A stretch of DNA of 64,000 nucleotides from an uncultured archaeon (GTDB lineage Archaea > Micrarchaeota > Micrarchaeia > Micrarchaeales > CABMGC01), in assembly GCA_963787445.1 (NCBI GenBank), contig CAWBCT010000013.1, positions 1 to 64,000 of the forward strand. Direction: 5' to 3'. Within the stretch, counting starts at the first letter, position 1, and each line of letters starts with the position of its first letter. This document shows positions 1 through 10,611 of the stretch, piece after piece. The position numbers and the translations under genes are program-made. The notes below the pieces were generated by a model, which ran no database searches, was not told the DNA's origin, and saw only the letters and a program-made list of their open reading frames with translations.

Positions 1-771
1 CCCGGAGGGACAACCCGTTGAAGCGCTCCGCAGTCTCCTTCGGGAGCACGCGCTTCCATGACTTCTCATGGAGGGTCTACTCGCGCATGGTGAACGGCTT
101 CGACGCCATAGCCCTCCTGACCGACGCCGACAAAAGGCTCGCCATCTCGCGCTTCAAGAGCGCCTCAGGAAAGCTGTTCGTGGTGCCTGCAGCCTCTTGC
201 CCTCCAGAGTATCTCCTCAAGAAGCCGGCCGCGGCCTGCGAGGAAGATAAGCACGATACTTTTCATAGGCAACGCCCGCCACGAACCCAACCTGCAGGCG
301 ATGGAGATAATAGAGCAGAGGCTCGCTCCCCGCCTGAAGAACAAGCGCTTCATAATAGTCGGATCAGGCATGGGCCCGAACAACGTCGGGAACGTCGAGT
401 ACAAGGGCTTCGTTTCCGAGGAGGAGAAGTTCAGGATCATCGACGAGGCCGATCTCTGCATCGCGCCTCTCATGAACGGGGCCGGCATCAAGGTGAAGAT
501 GCTCGACTACTTCATGCGCTGCAAGCCTGTCCTCGCAAGTTCTCTAGCCTTTGAGGGGTACGATGTGAAGGACAACGTGAACGGCGTTGTTGAGGATAAT
601 ATCGACGCCTACGTAACACAGATCATGAACCTAGAACGCAGCCCTGAGCTGAGGAACACCCTTGGTCTCAACGCCGGAAAGCTCTGTTCCTACTTCTCCT
701 ATGATGCCATAGGGGATAAATGGGATGCGCTTCTCACCAAACTGGCAAAACGTGGTAATAATGGAAAATAG
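1..771 (+). CDS. Glycosyltransferase family 4 (GT-B), 5'-truncated by window edge, one frameshift near 225-240
   Basis: Frame 3 is open from the window start (..FDAIALLTDADK..). Frame 1 from ~241 reads KISTILFIGNARHEPNLQAME..ADLCIAPLMNGAGIKVKMLDYFMRCKPVLAS, a typical GT4 C-terminal domain. Confidence 0.85.
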
Positions 772-870
772 TCTGTCGTCGGTAGTGTTCGTCTATCGTA
801 GAATGATACTACTGCAAAAGACGTTAACGCCAAACAACGTATAAACAGAATGTTAAATCAAACCCAAGCA

Positions 871-878
871 TTTAAATA
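871..878 (+). promoter_or_regulatory. TATA box of S-layer gene
   Basis: TTTAAATA about 40 nt upstream of ATG 919; GTGA SD-like motif just before the ATG. Confidence 0.6.
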
Positions 879-918
879 CTTTCCTTTCTAACTACTTTCA
901 CAAATATTAAGTGATGTC

Positions 919-3900
919 ATGAAAAGCATAAACGCGAAGCGAATAGCAGCAGTTGCTGCAACTTTGTTAGTAGGTCTTGCAGCTGCAGGACAGGGAGTGA
1001 CCTTTGGTAACATACCAATCATAAACAGCCAGGGTCAACCAGTCGTGCAGATTGTAGTCGGATCTACAGCACAACCAAGCGACGGTGTCGTTGCTGCAAA
1101 CATTGCGGCAGTCATCGGAAGCCTTGCGCACACATCTCAGAACGTTACCGCAACGGTAAACGGGAGGAGCTCTGTGACCTGTGTTGTAACCACACCTACC
1201 TGTACTCTTTCAAACCAGCAGGTCTGGCTAGGAGAGAAGGGAGTAGTAGTTCCTACGGGATCTTACTCATTCCAGGCGTTGATAGGTTCAGTTCTCAACC
1301 CTGGCGTACTGACTTCCGGAACGCTGACGAACACCAAGTCGATTCAGTCGTCCTCAAGCAGCTACGACTACCCGAACCCTAGCTCTGCTCCATACGCAAT
1401 AACGAGCAACCCAACGGCCACATCCGTGTACGCTGGAATAGGCATCTCGCCTGCAACCTCAGTAAGCGCCTCCACAAACGGCGGCGGTGTTGCATTCACG
1501 AGATTCACCTCTTCTGGATACGATAACATCCTGCAGTTGACATCAACGCAGGTACCGGGCCTACAATCAAGCTCTGGAACATATCAGGAAACCGAGTCGC
1601 TTTGGCTGGCTGGATTCCCAGTATACAACCAGAACACAGGCTCGATCTCAGTGCTCGACACGAACGGCGCCTACCAGATAGTATTTGGTAAGCCGATTCC
1701 GGTGACTTCTGGAGGAAGCGCAACAAACGCAAACCTCAAGTTGCTCGGTCAGAACTGGACGGTCTATGGAATGACGCCTCCAACAAGCGGCTACATCGGT
1801 GTAACCTCTGCCAACTTCATAGTTGGTGGTAACGTCACACTCGCACAGGCTTCAACGCCTATCCAGACCGTGTACGTTGGCCACAACGTGACAAGCGGAC
1901 CTTTCACAGTAGTCTTGAACGACCTGTCCTACCCGAACTCTAACGGACTCTCCAACGCTGCTTTGTCTGTATACAACAATGGTGTATTGACAAACGTAAC
2001 GTCCGCAGGGCCTGCATCTAACCAGCAGTCCATAACCGTGAACTCATCTGGAACAAAGCTGTTCATCAAGGTATCCCAGACCTTCCCAGGTTTGTACGCA
2101 TACCAGAAGTGGGCAAAGATCCAGCTGTTCTCAAACACGGTTAACGTGACGAGCGGCAAGAACTTCAACAGCGCCAACGGCAATGGCTGGCTGGCTGCTT
2201 TGAGGTGGACAACGAACCAGTCGACAGCTGCTGTATCACAGCTTGCATTCAATGCGAACGCAGCGCTTCAGGGAATAATCCTGTACTCGAACCAAACGAA
2301 CCAGTTGACTATGACTCCTGGATCGAGCTTTAACTTCGTAACAAGCCCAGCGGCTTGGAAGGTAAGCTTCGCAGGAGACTCTCTGGGAGCGCCTAGCAGC
2401 GGAAACGCGAACTACGACCCTCTGACGTTCACTACGTCATACCAGGCCGGCGTAACGTACTCGAACCCGACAAAGCAGACTGTTGTATCGTCTAACTCTG
2501 TGTCCTTTAACGCACATGGGACAGTTATTGTAACACTAGCGGCAAAAGCTGGTCAACTTGACAACCGTCACAGAGCCTGTTAACTTGCTGACAGTGGCAA
2601 GCACGATACCTACGGCCTTCCAGGTAAGCTCAGGAACGTTGGCTGCACCGACCTCAAACGTTGGTACATTGACGTACAACCTCGACCCTTACCAGTTGGA
2701 CAACGGCTTCATGCCTAACGCCTTGGTATGCAACATCAGACGCATCCAACGTACTTACGTTGGTAAACGGCGGAATAGCTGTTGGACTTTGGGGTAACTC
2801 TGGCCTGCCTGCAAACACGATTTCGACAAACAATCCGTTGAACGTGCAGCTAACTGGTTATAAGTACGGGCAGACTTCTGCTACGACTTACACCGTTACC
2901 TTCAACACTAACGGAATCTCGACCTCGCCTGTTTGGCAGACGATAAACGGCCTAGTGCTTGCAAACCTGACGAACATACAGGTCAGCTATGCGATACCTA
3001 ACCCTGGTGTTTCGGTAGACGTTTGGGACACAGCCAACACAGTTCTGTTCCAATCAGTTGGAGCAAACGGTCTTGCTGGTAACTATCTGACCACAAACGC
3101 CGGCTCTATGTCAGTCCCTCGTATCCGCGAACAGCATTATGTTAGGGCGGCTCACATACGTATCTGCTGCGCCTACACTGTTGTACTCTGTACCTCAGTA
3201 CACCTACAAGGTTGCGCCTACTGTCTCGACCGTAACATACACGGGAGAGCAGAACAACGTCAACTTCGTGATCTCGCCTTCAGTTGCAGGTGCAGGTCCA
3301 AGGAACCAGTACTTCACGTACACGGTTAACGAAATAGACGTACCTGGGCTAACAACGCCGGGCTCAAACGTGATAATAGGTCTCACGAACAGCTCGACAG
3401 TTGACTCAACTCCGTTGTACTGGCTAAACGAAACAGGTCGGCAACAACAACGCTGTGCAGTACCAGTCTTCGCAGGGTAGCATAGTGAAGGCAGTGCAGG
3501 GCTTCAGGACAGAGCGCGGCGGCGAACTAGCCTCGATCTCCACAACTTCGATTGTGTACGACGAGCCTAAGACGATCGACGGCTTGACCTTCGTAATTGG
3601 TCCTGCAAGCACGGCCTCGAACAGCATCTCGACCTCTGCGACAGATGGTCCATACACGGTGGGACAGTCGACAAACATCCCTAACGTGACCATAGCAAAG
3701 GTAAACGCGACATGTGCGTTCTCGACCACAAGCTGCAGTGTCTCCGGATTGAGCAACCTGACTGCTGTTCCGTCAGTGAGCCAGGCAGTGGTCCCAACGA
3801 CCCTGAACACGGCTGTAACGCCTTTGGCAGTGCTAGACTCGAACGCGAACTCGGCATCGACCTTGATCGTAGTTGGAAGCAAGTACGTCAACTCCGTAGC

Positions 3901-4072
3901 AGGACAGATCTTCGGACAGAACCCGTCGTTCAACCAGACATTCGGAACCTCTTCAGTAGTGGTTCAGGCATTTGGTACGAACCGAGTCCTGGTCGCAGGA
4001 TACTCTGCAGCGCAGACCGTACAGGCAGGAAACCAGTTCATACAGGACTTGCTCGCAAACGCGACAGTCTAA
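919..4072 (+). CDS. S-layer protein (~1050 aa), split by about four frameshifts between 2550 and 3460
   Basis: N-terminus MKSINAKRIAAVAA..VQIVVGSTAQPSDGVVAANIAAVIG and C-terminus LIVVGSKYVNSVA..VLVAGYSAAQTVQAGNQFI match the archaeal S_layer_N/S_layer_C pattern. ORFs 919-2583, 2558-2797, 2760-3329, 3139-3480 and 3455-4072 tile one S/T/N/G-rich protein. Confidence 0.9.
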
Positions 4073-4105
4073 GCGGACTAGCAGCCTAACGCGAACCCAG
4101 TTTAT

Positions 4106-4165
4106 TGGCCTTTCTTTTTGGCCTCGTCCTTTTTCTGGGCCCCTCATCGGGGCCCTAATCTTTTA
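4106..4165 (+). terminator. Putative terminator of S-layer gene
   Basis: T tracts plus hairpin GGGCCCC-TCATC-GGGGCCC (4137-4155) followed by TAATCTTTT. Confidence 0.5.
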
Positions 4166-4314
4166 TCCGCCCTTCAGCGTGGAGCATCAGCAAAATCCCC
4201 CATTCCAAATATTTTAGAGATTCCAGTCGACATCTGGAAATTCCCGGTGTCTTTTGACTCCCGCAAAGAAGCGTTGAGTATTTAAATATTACTTGCATAT
4301 TGAATACTGATTTA

Positions 4315-6375
4315 ATGTCGAGTAAAATTACCTCTTTACTCTTTGCTGTCCTGTTTATCGGCGTCCTAAGCGCCTCAAACGCGGGCGTAACCGCACTGCT
4401 GAAGAGCTATAATGTCTCGAGCACCCTGATAAGCGGCGCAACGTTCACCAACATCTCATACGGCAGCCACAGCTACGTTCTGGTCTACAGCGGAAGCTCA
4501 CCAGTATTCCTGATAAACACCTCAACCAGCGACTACCACTTCATCCTCAATGCAGCCACCATAGCAACGATCATAACGCCGACAATACAAGGCGCAAGCC
4601 TGAAGGCCGTCAACTTCGCACCAGCCGCCCAGGCACTAGGCGTCTATCTCAACGGCTCCTCATACAACCTTACCGACTGCCTGATAGAGACGGGAATTGA
4701 CCGCGGCACCTGTACCTACGCCAACCTCTGTCAGTCCTGCGCCTCGGTGCCTTCCTGCAATGAGGCGTTATACGCGACAGACGGCCCCGGGGGCACCCTC
4801 GGCACAGGGATAGCGAGCTTTGAGATCCAGTACAACCAGCTGGAGAGCAACCTAACCATATTCAACAACTACAGCTCTTCCAAGAGCACCGCCAGCCCGT
4901 TCGTCGCAATACAGAAGCTCCTCAACGCGCTCGCCAACGTCTCTACAATAACGCAGACAATTGGCCAGAACCCGATCTTTCCTCCGCTTGCCAGCTCAGA
5001 CCTCTCGCTCTGCGGCGGGCTAGGCGGCAACATAGGCTTCAACCTTTCATCGAGCTCAGGGCCCTGGTACTGCAACGCCATAGGCTACTGCGGACTGCTC
5101 ACATACCAGCCCACGCAGCTTAACAATGTCACTGTGCAGCTTAACGGCATAGCCGCCTCCCTGCCCACCTCTGCGAAGATCGCGGTGCTGGCGCAGAGCG
5201 TCAATGCTTCTGAGAACGCCTACATAGTTCCCACCCTTGTCGCGCAGAAGTCGACCCAGCTTGCAGTTGTACTGAACACCACGCTCAAGGGCCTCTCCAC
5301 GACCACAAACGCAAGCGCCCTGCTTGGTTTGCACATCTCTAACGCCACGCTCCAGACAGAGACCGCCCTTGTGAGCTCTGATTACTCCTACCTGAAGACC
5401 AATTACGCCCAGATAAACATAACCTCATACGCAGCCGCACTGCAGACCTCCCTTGCGCAGCTTAGGGCAACGTACCTTAAGGTCAATGCAACCTATTCCT
5501 CCTTATTGAGCGAGGCCCGCAACAACACGGTGGTGCTGGTAGCAGCGCAGCTCAACGGCGACACCTCAAACAAGACAGCCGCACTCGCATTCCAGGAGGC
5601 ACAGGCCAACGGTCAATTCGGAAGCCAGGTGCAGAACACCACTGCCCTGCTTGCGCAGCTCTTCCAAATAGACAACCTCTTGCCGAACTACGGCCTTACC
5701 ATAGACTTCAGCCTTGAGGGAGTCTCCCGCGCGATAAACGAGCCGTTCGTCTCGTTCATGTCGTCAGTTGAGGGGCTTTCATACCAATCCACGATCGCCT
5801 CCGCCCCGTTCCTCTCCTCCATTCTCTCGCTTATAATCGGCATAATACTGCTGGCACTGCTCTTCTTCTACCACCTGCGCCTTCAGGCGCGCAGGAAGCT
5901 CAAGGTGAGCCACAGGACGAGCCGCGCCTGGCTATGGCTGTTCATAATAGTGATTGCGATAGTGCTGATCTTCGTCTTTGCGACCTATGAGATCGCCTCC
6001 ATCGCGAACTCCAGCGCCCCTGCCAACCTGTTCACCGATGCGGTGCACTCCTCGCGAAGCCTTGTAATTGCGCTGAATGGCACGAGCCCCGCGCTCTCTA
6101 CCTGCGCAAGCGAGATAACAGCCTACGCCACTGCCTACAACTACACTGCCACTACGATCTACACCTCCGGCAACGTCTGCTCCGGACCCGGCATAGTCGA
6201 CATGAACGTCAGCCAGTGCATGACCCAGTACGCGCGCAGCAGGACGCCGGTGGTGGCGCTCAGCATCGCAGGCACGCAGAGCATAAGCGTCTACTCGTTC
6301 TACGGGACGGTGATGACGGCAAACGGCGACTCCGCATTCATCAACGCGTGCTATCCCGCCTTCTTCATAAGGTAA
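4315..6375 (+). CDS. Secreted/membrane-anchored Cys-rich protein with helical stalk, two TM helices and C-terminal extracellular domain
   Basis: Signal peptide, Cys cluster, many NxS/T sequons, two hydrophobic segments around a basic loop; own TTTAAATA box at ~4281. Confidence 0.75.
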   Translation: MSSKITSLLFAVLFIGVLSASNAGVTALLKSYNVSSTLISGATFTNISYGSHSYVLVYSGSSPVFLINTSTSDYHFILNAATIATIITPTIQGASLKAVNFAPAAQALGVYLNGSSYNLTDCLIETGIDRGTCTYANLCQSCASVPSCNEALYATDGPGGTLGTGIASFEIQYNQLESNLTIFNNYSSSKSTASPFVAIQKLLNALANVSTITQTIGQNPIFPPLASSDLSLCGGLGGNIGFNLSSSSGPWYCNAIGYCGLLTYQPTQLNNVTVQLNGIAASLPTSAKIAVLAQSVNASENAYIVPTLVAQKSTQLAVVLNTTLKGLSTTTNASALLGLHISNATLQTETALVSSDYSYLKTNYAQINITSYAAALQTSLAQLRATYLKVNATYSSLLSEARNNTVVLVAAQLNGDTSNKTAALAFQEAQANGQFGSQVQNTTALLAQLFQIDNLLPNYGLTIDFSLEGVSRAINEPFVSFMSSVEGLSYQSTIASAPFLSSILSLIIGIILLALLFFYHLRLQARRKLKVSHRTSRAWLWLFIIVIAIVLIFVFATYEIASIANSSAPANLFTDAVHSSRSLVIALNGTSPALSTCASEITAYATAYNYTATTIYTSGNVCSGPGIVDMNVSQCMTQYARSRTPVVALSIAGTQSISVYSFYGTVMTANGDSAFINACYPAFFIR

Positions 6376-6380
6376 TAATT

Positions 6381-6962
6381 ATGGCATCGGCAAAGAAGGA
6401 ACAGACCACAAAGGCAACCACCAAGGCATCCTCTCAAAAGAGGGCAGCCGGCGAGCCGCAGAAGGCCCCCTCAAGCAGGAATAGGAACCTACTCTTCGTC
6501 GCGGCAGGCATAATCATACTTGCAGCAATAGCGCTTTTCTTTGTGAGCCAGGAGGGTCCTGTCCAGGTAAGCACCGCCTCATTCTCGGCGTTCAAGGCCA
6601 GCCTCTCCGCAGCGCCCCGCATCTCCCTGCTTGTCAATTATAACAACCTGACCCAGTTCAACTCGGAGGAGCCCTGCGTCACATATCTTATTGAGATTCT
6701 CTCCAACCAGCGCAGCCCAAGCACCATAGACTTCTACGAGGCCAACGCCACCAGCTGCACCTACTCGCCCAACGGCCTGGGCCATCAGGTCATCCCGCAG
6801 AATGCCTCGGCGGCAACCTGCACCAGCGAGGCTGGCGCAGAGCCGGGCCTAGTGCTCAATTACAACAATTATAACAGCAGCACGATAAACGCGCAGCAGC
6901 TGTACCAGAACGGAAATGCAAACTACTGGGCACAGTGCCCGCTTGCGGTGGACCTGAGCTAA
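6381..6962 (+). CDS. Single-pass membrane protein with 4-Cys extracellular domain
   Basis: ATG 6381 after GGTAAT; Lys-rich N-tail, one TM helix, then a domain resembling the C-terminus of the upstream protein. Confidence 0.75.
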   Translation: MASAKKEQTTKATTKASSQKRAAGEPQKAPSSRNRNLLFVAAGIIILAAIALFFVSQEGPVQVSTASFSAFKASLSAAPRISLLVNYNNLTQFNSEEPCVTYLIEILSNQRSPSTIDFYEANATSCTYSPNGLGHQVIPQNASAATCTSEAGAEPGLVLNYNNYNSSTINAQQLYQNGNANYWAQCPLAVDLS

Positions 6963-6963
6963 G

Positions 6964-7728
6964 GTGCTTTATTTGGATGAACGACAGATAGAAGTGCAGG
7001 GCAGGCGCTTCGACCTGTTTGTGATACAGGAGAGAAGGAGGACGGCGGTGGCGCGCTTCGACTCGAACAGCGTCACCATACGCCTTCCCAGGTGGATCAG
7101 CCGTTCCACCCGCATCGACCTGATAAACGGCCTGACGCAGAAGGTGGTAAAGAGGCTAGAGAAGCTCTCCCGCGACGGCTTCTCCGCTCTCGACGACAAA
7201 AAGGCTCCGGCGTTCGCGAACGGCGATGTGATCAATATTCTTGGGAGCCCGGTAAGGATAGAAGTCGATGAGCAGAGCCTTGCCCAGCGTTCCACGGTGC
7301 GCCTCGAGCCGGGCCTGCTGAAGATAAGGACCCCTCTTGCCTACGATGAGGATGCGCGCAGGGAAACAATATCAAGGCTCACCACTCTTGGACTGTCAAA
7401 GGCGATGTTGCCGGAAGTGCGCTCCAGGCTTGACGCACTGAACGAGCGGTTCTACGGATTCAAGTTCAACGACCTCAAGATAAAATCGCAGCGAAGGCTC
7501 TGGGGCAGCACTACGCATCCGAGAAAGACTATAAATCTGAACGTTAGACTACTCTTTGCGCCCTACCCGATTCTTGAGTACGTGATGGCGCACGAACTCT
7601 CGCACCTCGGCCAGCACAACCACTCTCCCGCGTTTTGGGCGTTGGTGGCGAAGGCTGTGCCAGACTACAAGGAGAGGCGGAAATGGCTGCGTGAGAACGG
7701 AGGAAAACTCGGAATCACCATAAGATGA
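6964..7728 (+). CDS. YgjP/DUF45-like (M48/SprT-type) zinc metallohydrolase
   Basis: RRLWGS..INLN.RL..EYVMAHELSHL..NHSPAFW..VPDY motif. Confidence 0.88.
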   Translation: MLYLDERQIEVQGRRFDLFVIQERRRTAVARFDSNSVTIRLPRWISRSTRIDLINGLTQKVVKRLEKLSRDGFSALDDKKAPAFANGDVINILGSPVRIEVDEQSLAQRSTVRLEPGLLKIRTPLAYDEDARRETISRLTTLGLSKAMLPEVRSRLDALNERFYGFKFNDLKIKSQRRLWGSTTHPRKTINLNVRLLFAPYPILEYVMAHELSHLGQHNHSPAFWALVAKAVPDYKERRKWLRENGGKLGITIR

Positions 7729-7732
7729 AAAC

Positions 7733-8500
7733 ATGGACTACGCTTCAAAAAAGATAATAATAGCTGACCTCGACGGGACCCTTGCGGAGAGCAAGTCGCC
7801 CATGGATCCGGAGATGGCCGGCATAATCGCGCGCCTGCTCAGGTTCAAGCACTTTGCGGTAATCTCCGGAGGCTCCTACAACCAGTTCCTCACCCAGTTC
7901 GTGAAGTCCATTCCTGCCGATGGCGCCGACCTCTCCCATCTTTACCTCTTCCCGACCTGTGCAACCTCGATGTACGTTAACAACGGCAACGAGTGGCAGA
8001 ACGTCTACACCGAGAGCCTTCCCGATGAAAAGAAGAAGCAGATCTTCGAGGCTTTCGATAAGGCGCTCGCAGATGCGGGGTTCCAGAAACCGGAGAAGAT
8101 ATACGGTGAACTTATCGAGGACAGGGGCACCCAGATAACCTTCTCGGCCAACGGCCAGACCGCGCCATTGGAGATAAAAAGCGCCTATGATCCCGATGCA
8201 AGCAAGCGCCTGAAGATAGTGGAGCACCTCAATAAATATCTGCCGGAGGGGACCCAGGCAAAGATTGGCGGGACCACCTCGATAGACGTAACCCTGGCCG
8301 GAATAGACAAGGCCTACGGGATAAAGAAGATACAGGAGAGGCTCGGCTTCAGCATTGATGAGATGCTCTTCATAGGCGACGCCCTCTTCGAGGGCGGAAA
8401 CGACTATCCCGTCCTGACCCTGCAGGTGGACTGCATAGCGGTCTCAAGCCCGGAGCAGGCAAAAGGGATCCTTCAGGAGATCCTTGACGCGGGAGTATAA
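7733..8500 (+). CDS. HAD-IIB hydrolase, eukaryote-type phosphomannomutase-like
   Basis: DLDGTL, ISGG, IEDRGTQITFS, GGTTSIDV, IDKAYG and GDALFEGGNDY motifs. Confidence 0.88.
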   Translation: MDYASKKIIIADLDGTLAESKSPMDPEMAGIIARLLRFKHFAVISGGSYNQFLTQFVKSIPADGADLSHLYLFPTCATSMYVNNGNEWQNVYTESLPDEKKKQIFEAFDKALADAGFQKPEKIYGELIEDRGTQITFSANGQTAPLEIKSAYDPDASKRLKIVEHLNKYLPEGTQAKIGGTTSIDVTLAGIDKAYGIKKIQERLGFSIDEMLFIGDALFEGGNDYPVLTLQVDCIAVSSPEQAKGILQEILDAGV

Positions 8501-8576
8501 ACTGCTAAAATTATCCCCTAATTATGCAAGTTTTGTATTAAATAGTATTAAATATGTTATTGTTTAATATTTTAAT

Positions 8577-9962
8577 ATGCTTTCGAAGGAAGAAGTACAA
8601 TACCTCCTTTCCCAGGAAGAGGGATCAAGGTTAGAATTCAAGAAGTCTGTCCATTTTGCCGATAGAATTGGACAGACTGTATGTGCCTTCGCCAATGCTG
8701 GAGGCGGACTGTTAGTGCTTGGAATAGAGTCAGTAAACGGAAAAGCAGCCGCTATCGGAATTCAGAAAAAGGATGAAGCTTACCAGAAAATGGCGGCTAT
8801 TCTACCTCAGCTTGAACCAAGGCCATTGGTCAGCTATGAAGAACACAATATAGATGGTAAACTTGTCATCCTTGTTAATATCTCGGCATTATCCCCTGGG
8901 GACGTCTGTTTTTTTGGGAATCGAGTTTACGTAAGACAAGGATCTGTTAACGTGGAAGTCTCCCATAAACAACTTATAGAGTTTCTTAAAGCACGCGGTA
9001 TTATCTCATTTGAGGAAGGCAGATCGGCCGCCAAATTAAAAGATCTTTCTGAAGAGAAGATCGGTAAACATTTAGTTAATCGAACAGACAAAAAACCAAA
9101 GATTGGTGAGGTTCCGGCAGAAGCGCTCCTGCAATCTCTCGGAGTTGCCAATGCAATCGGAGAATTCTATATAAAAAATGTTGGCCTGTTAGCTTTTGCA
9201 AAGGATATTACCCGCTTCTTCTCAAACTGCGAAATACGTATCGTCAAATACAAAGGCCGAACCCCATCAATCGAATCTAGGGAATATGATCAACGCCTAA
9301 TAGATACATGCCCCGAATTGTTAGAAAAAGCATTCTCTATAATCAAAGAAAAGGCAGGAATCGCAGCCCGCATAATCAATGGAAGACGCGTCGAGATGCC
9401 AATGGTTCCAGACAAGGTTTTACGCGAAGCCCTCACCAACGCTGTGGGCCATCGTGATTATTTTGACCCTAACGGAATTTTGGTAGAAATATTTGACGAT
9501 CGCATCACGCTAACTAATCCAGGTACCCTGCTTCCGGGCCAGACGCTCAAAAATTTTGCTGATTTGCGCCGACATCGCAATCCAATACTACATCGCATCC
9601 TAAACGATGCAGGCTGGGGCGATGGGCTCAATCTTGGTGTTAGAGCCATTATCGGAATAATGCGCGATAATGGAATGCCAGACCCTGTATTTGATGATCT
9701 TGGCGGGTTCTTCCGTATAGTACTCTATGGTCCGCTTTCAGATCGAGTAGCAAAGCCCTACGGCAATATTAGCAACATGCAACAAAAAGCATTAGCATAT
9801 CTGGAAAAACACGAATTTCTAACAGCACCACATTATGCCCAAATCATCGGTGTATCCCATCCCACAGCCATAAAGTACTTGAATGATTTAGTTTTGCAAA
9901 TGATTCTCAAGAAAATTGGAAGCGGACGCTCTTCAAAATATACCAAAGATAAGAAAGATTAA
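8577..9962 (+). CDS. AlbA_2 (Schlafen-like) + HATPase_c_4 + C-terminal wHTH protein
   Basis: EGSRLEFK..CAFANAGGGLLVLGI, LREALTNAVGHRDY, NPG, RNP motifs; C-terminal HTH-wing. Confidence 0.88.
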   Translation: MLSKEEVQYLLSQEEGSRLEFKKSVHFADRIGQTVCAFANAGGGLLVLGIESVNGKAAAIGIQKKDEAYQKMAAILPQLEPRPLVSYEEHNIDGKLVILVNISALSPGDVCFFGNRVYVRQGSVNVEVSHKQLIEFLKARGIISFEEGRSAAKLKDLSEEKIGKHLVNRTDKKPKIGEVPAEALLQSLGVANAIGEFYIKNVGLLAFAKDITRFFSNCEIRIVKYKGRTPSIESREYDQRLIDTCPELLEKAFSIIKEKAGIAARIINGRRVEMPMVPDKVLREALTNAVGHRDYFDPNGILVEIFDDRITLTNPGTLLPGQTLKNFADLRRHRNPILHRILNDAGWGDGLNLGVRAIIGIMRDNGMPDPVFDDLGGFFRIVLYGPLSDRVAKPYGNISNMQQKALAYLEKHEFLTAPHYAQIIGVSHPTAIKYLNDLVLQMILKKIGSGRSSKYTKDKKD

Positions 9963-9966
9963 AATA

Positions 9967-10415
9967 TTAAGGACTTAATGATTTAAGATTAGTTAATACA
10001 GATTTTTCGTTCTGCGCCTGTTGTGGTTCTGTCCTAGAGATAACATGTTCGTAAAGGCGGTTTATCTCAAGCGTCCTTATTTTCGTTATGCTGTGATCCT
10101 TTTCTCCGTGCTTTAGCTCATCCAGGGTAACGAAGAACCAACCCTTGTTGTTCATCCTCCAGGCTATATAAGTAGGAAATTTTGTGTTGTCGGCCCACTC
10201 GCGCAGCTTCTGATACGCCTCAAGATCTATGCTCAGCCTGTTCCTCTCCCAGGCCTTGCACTCAAATGCCATGCAGAACTGATCCTTGACAGCGATTATG
10301 TCGGGGCCAAGGCGTTCACGCCGGAGCCTGCAGCACGTATCACAGAGTAGCCATTTTCGTAAAGTCTGTTCAGCAGCTCCCTCTCCGTTCGCGCGCCCTT
10401 GATGTACCTGTGCAG
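9967..10415 (-). CDS. hjc: Archaeal Holliday junction resolvase, one frameshift near 10310, probable CTG start
   Basis: Manual translation gives (M)HRYIKGARTERELLNRLYENGYSVIRAAGSGVNA, then a shift to PDIIAVKDQFCMAFECK, the classic Hjc motifs. Confidence 0.88.
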
Positions 10416-10611
10416 TGAATCGCCAAGCTTACTACTCTGGATAAATATAAAAGGAATTATCTCAAAATCAAACAAGCCGAAAGACGTATATATCTAACTT
10501 TCCCAGACCATATGGTGAAGGTCAAGTCAAAGTCAGAAGGCTGAGAGATTAAGCTATCTTTTTACTGTCGCTCTCAACCCTTTTACTCTCGACAGGACCC
10601 TAAGTGGTAAA

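Noticed and set aside
2550-3460. Programmed frameshifting or phase variation of the S-layer gene
   Set aside because: No slippery heptamers or long repeats at the breaks, and similar indels hit hjc and the GT gene; assembly error is simpler.
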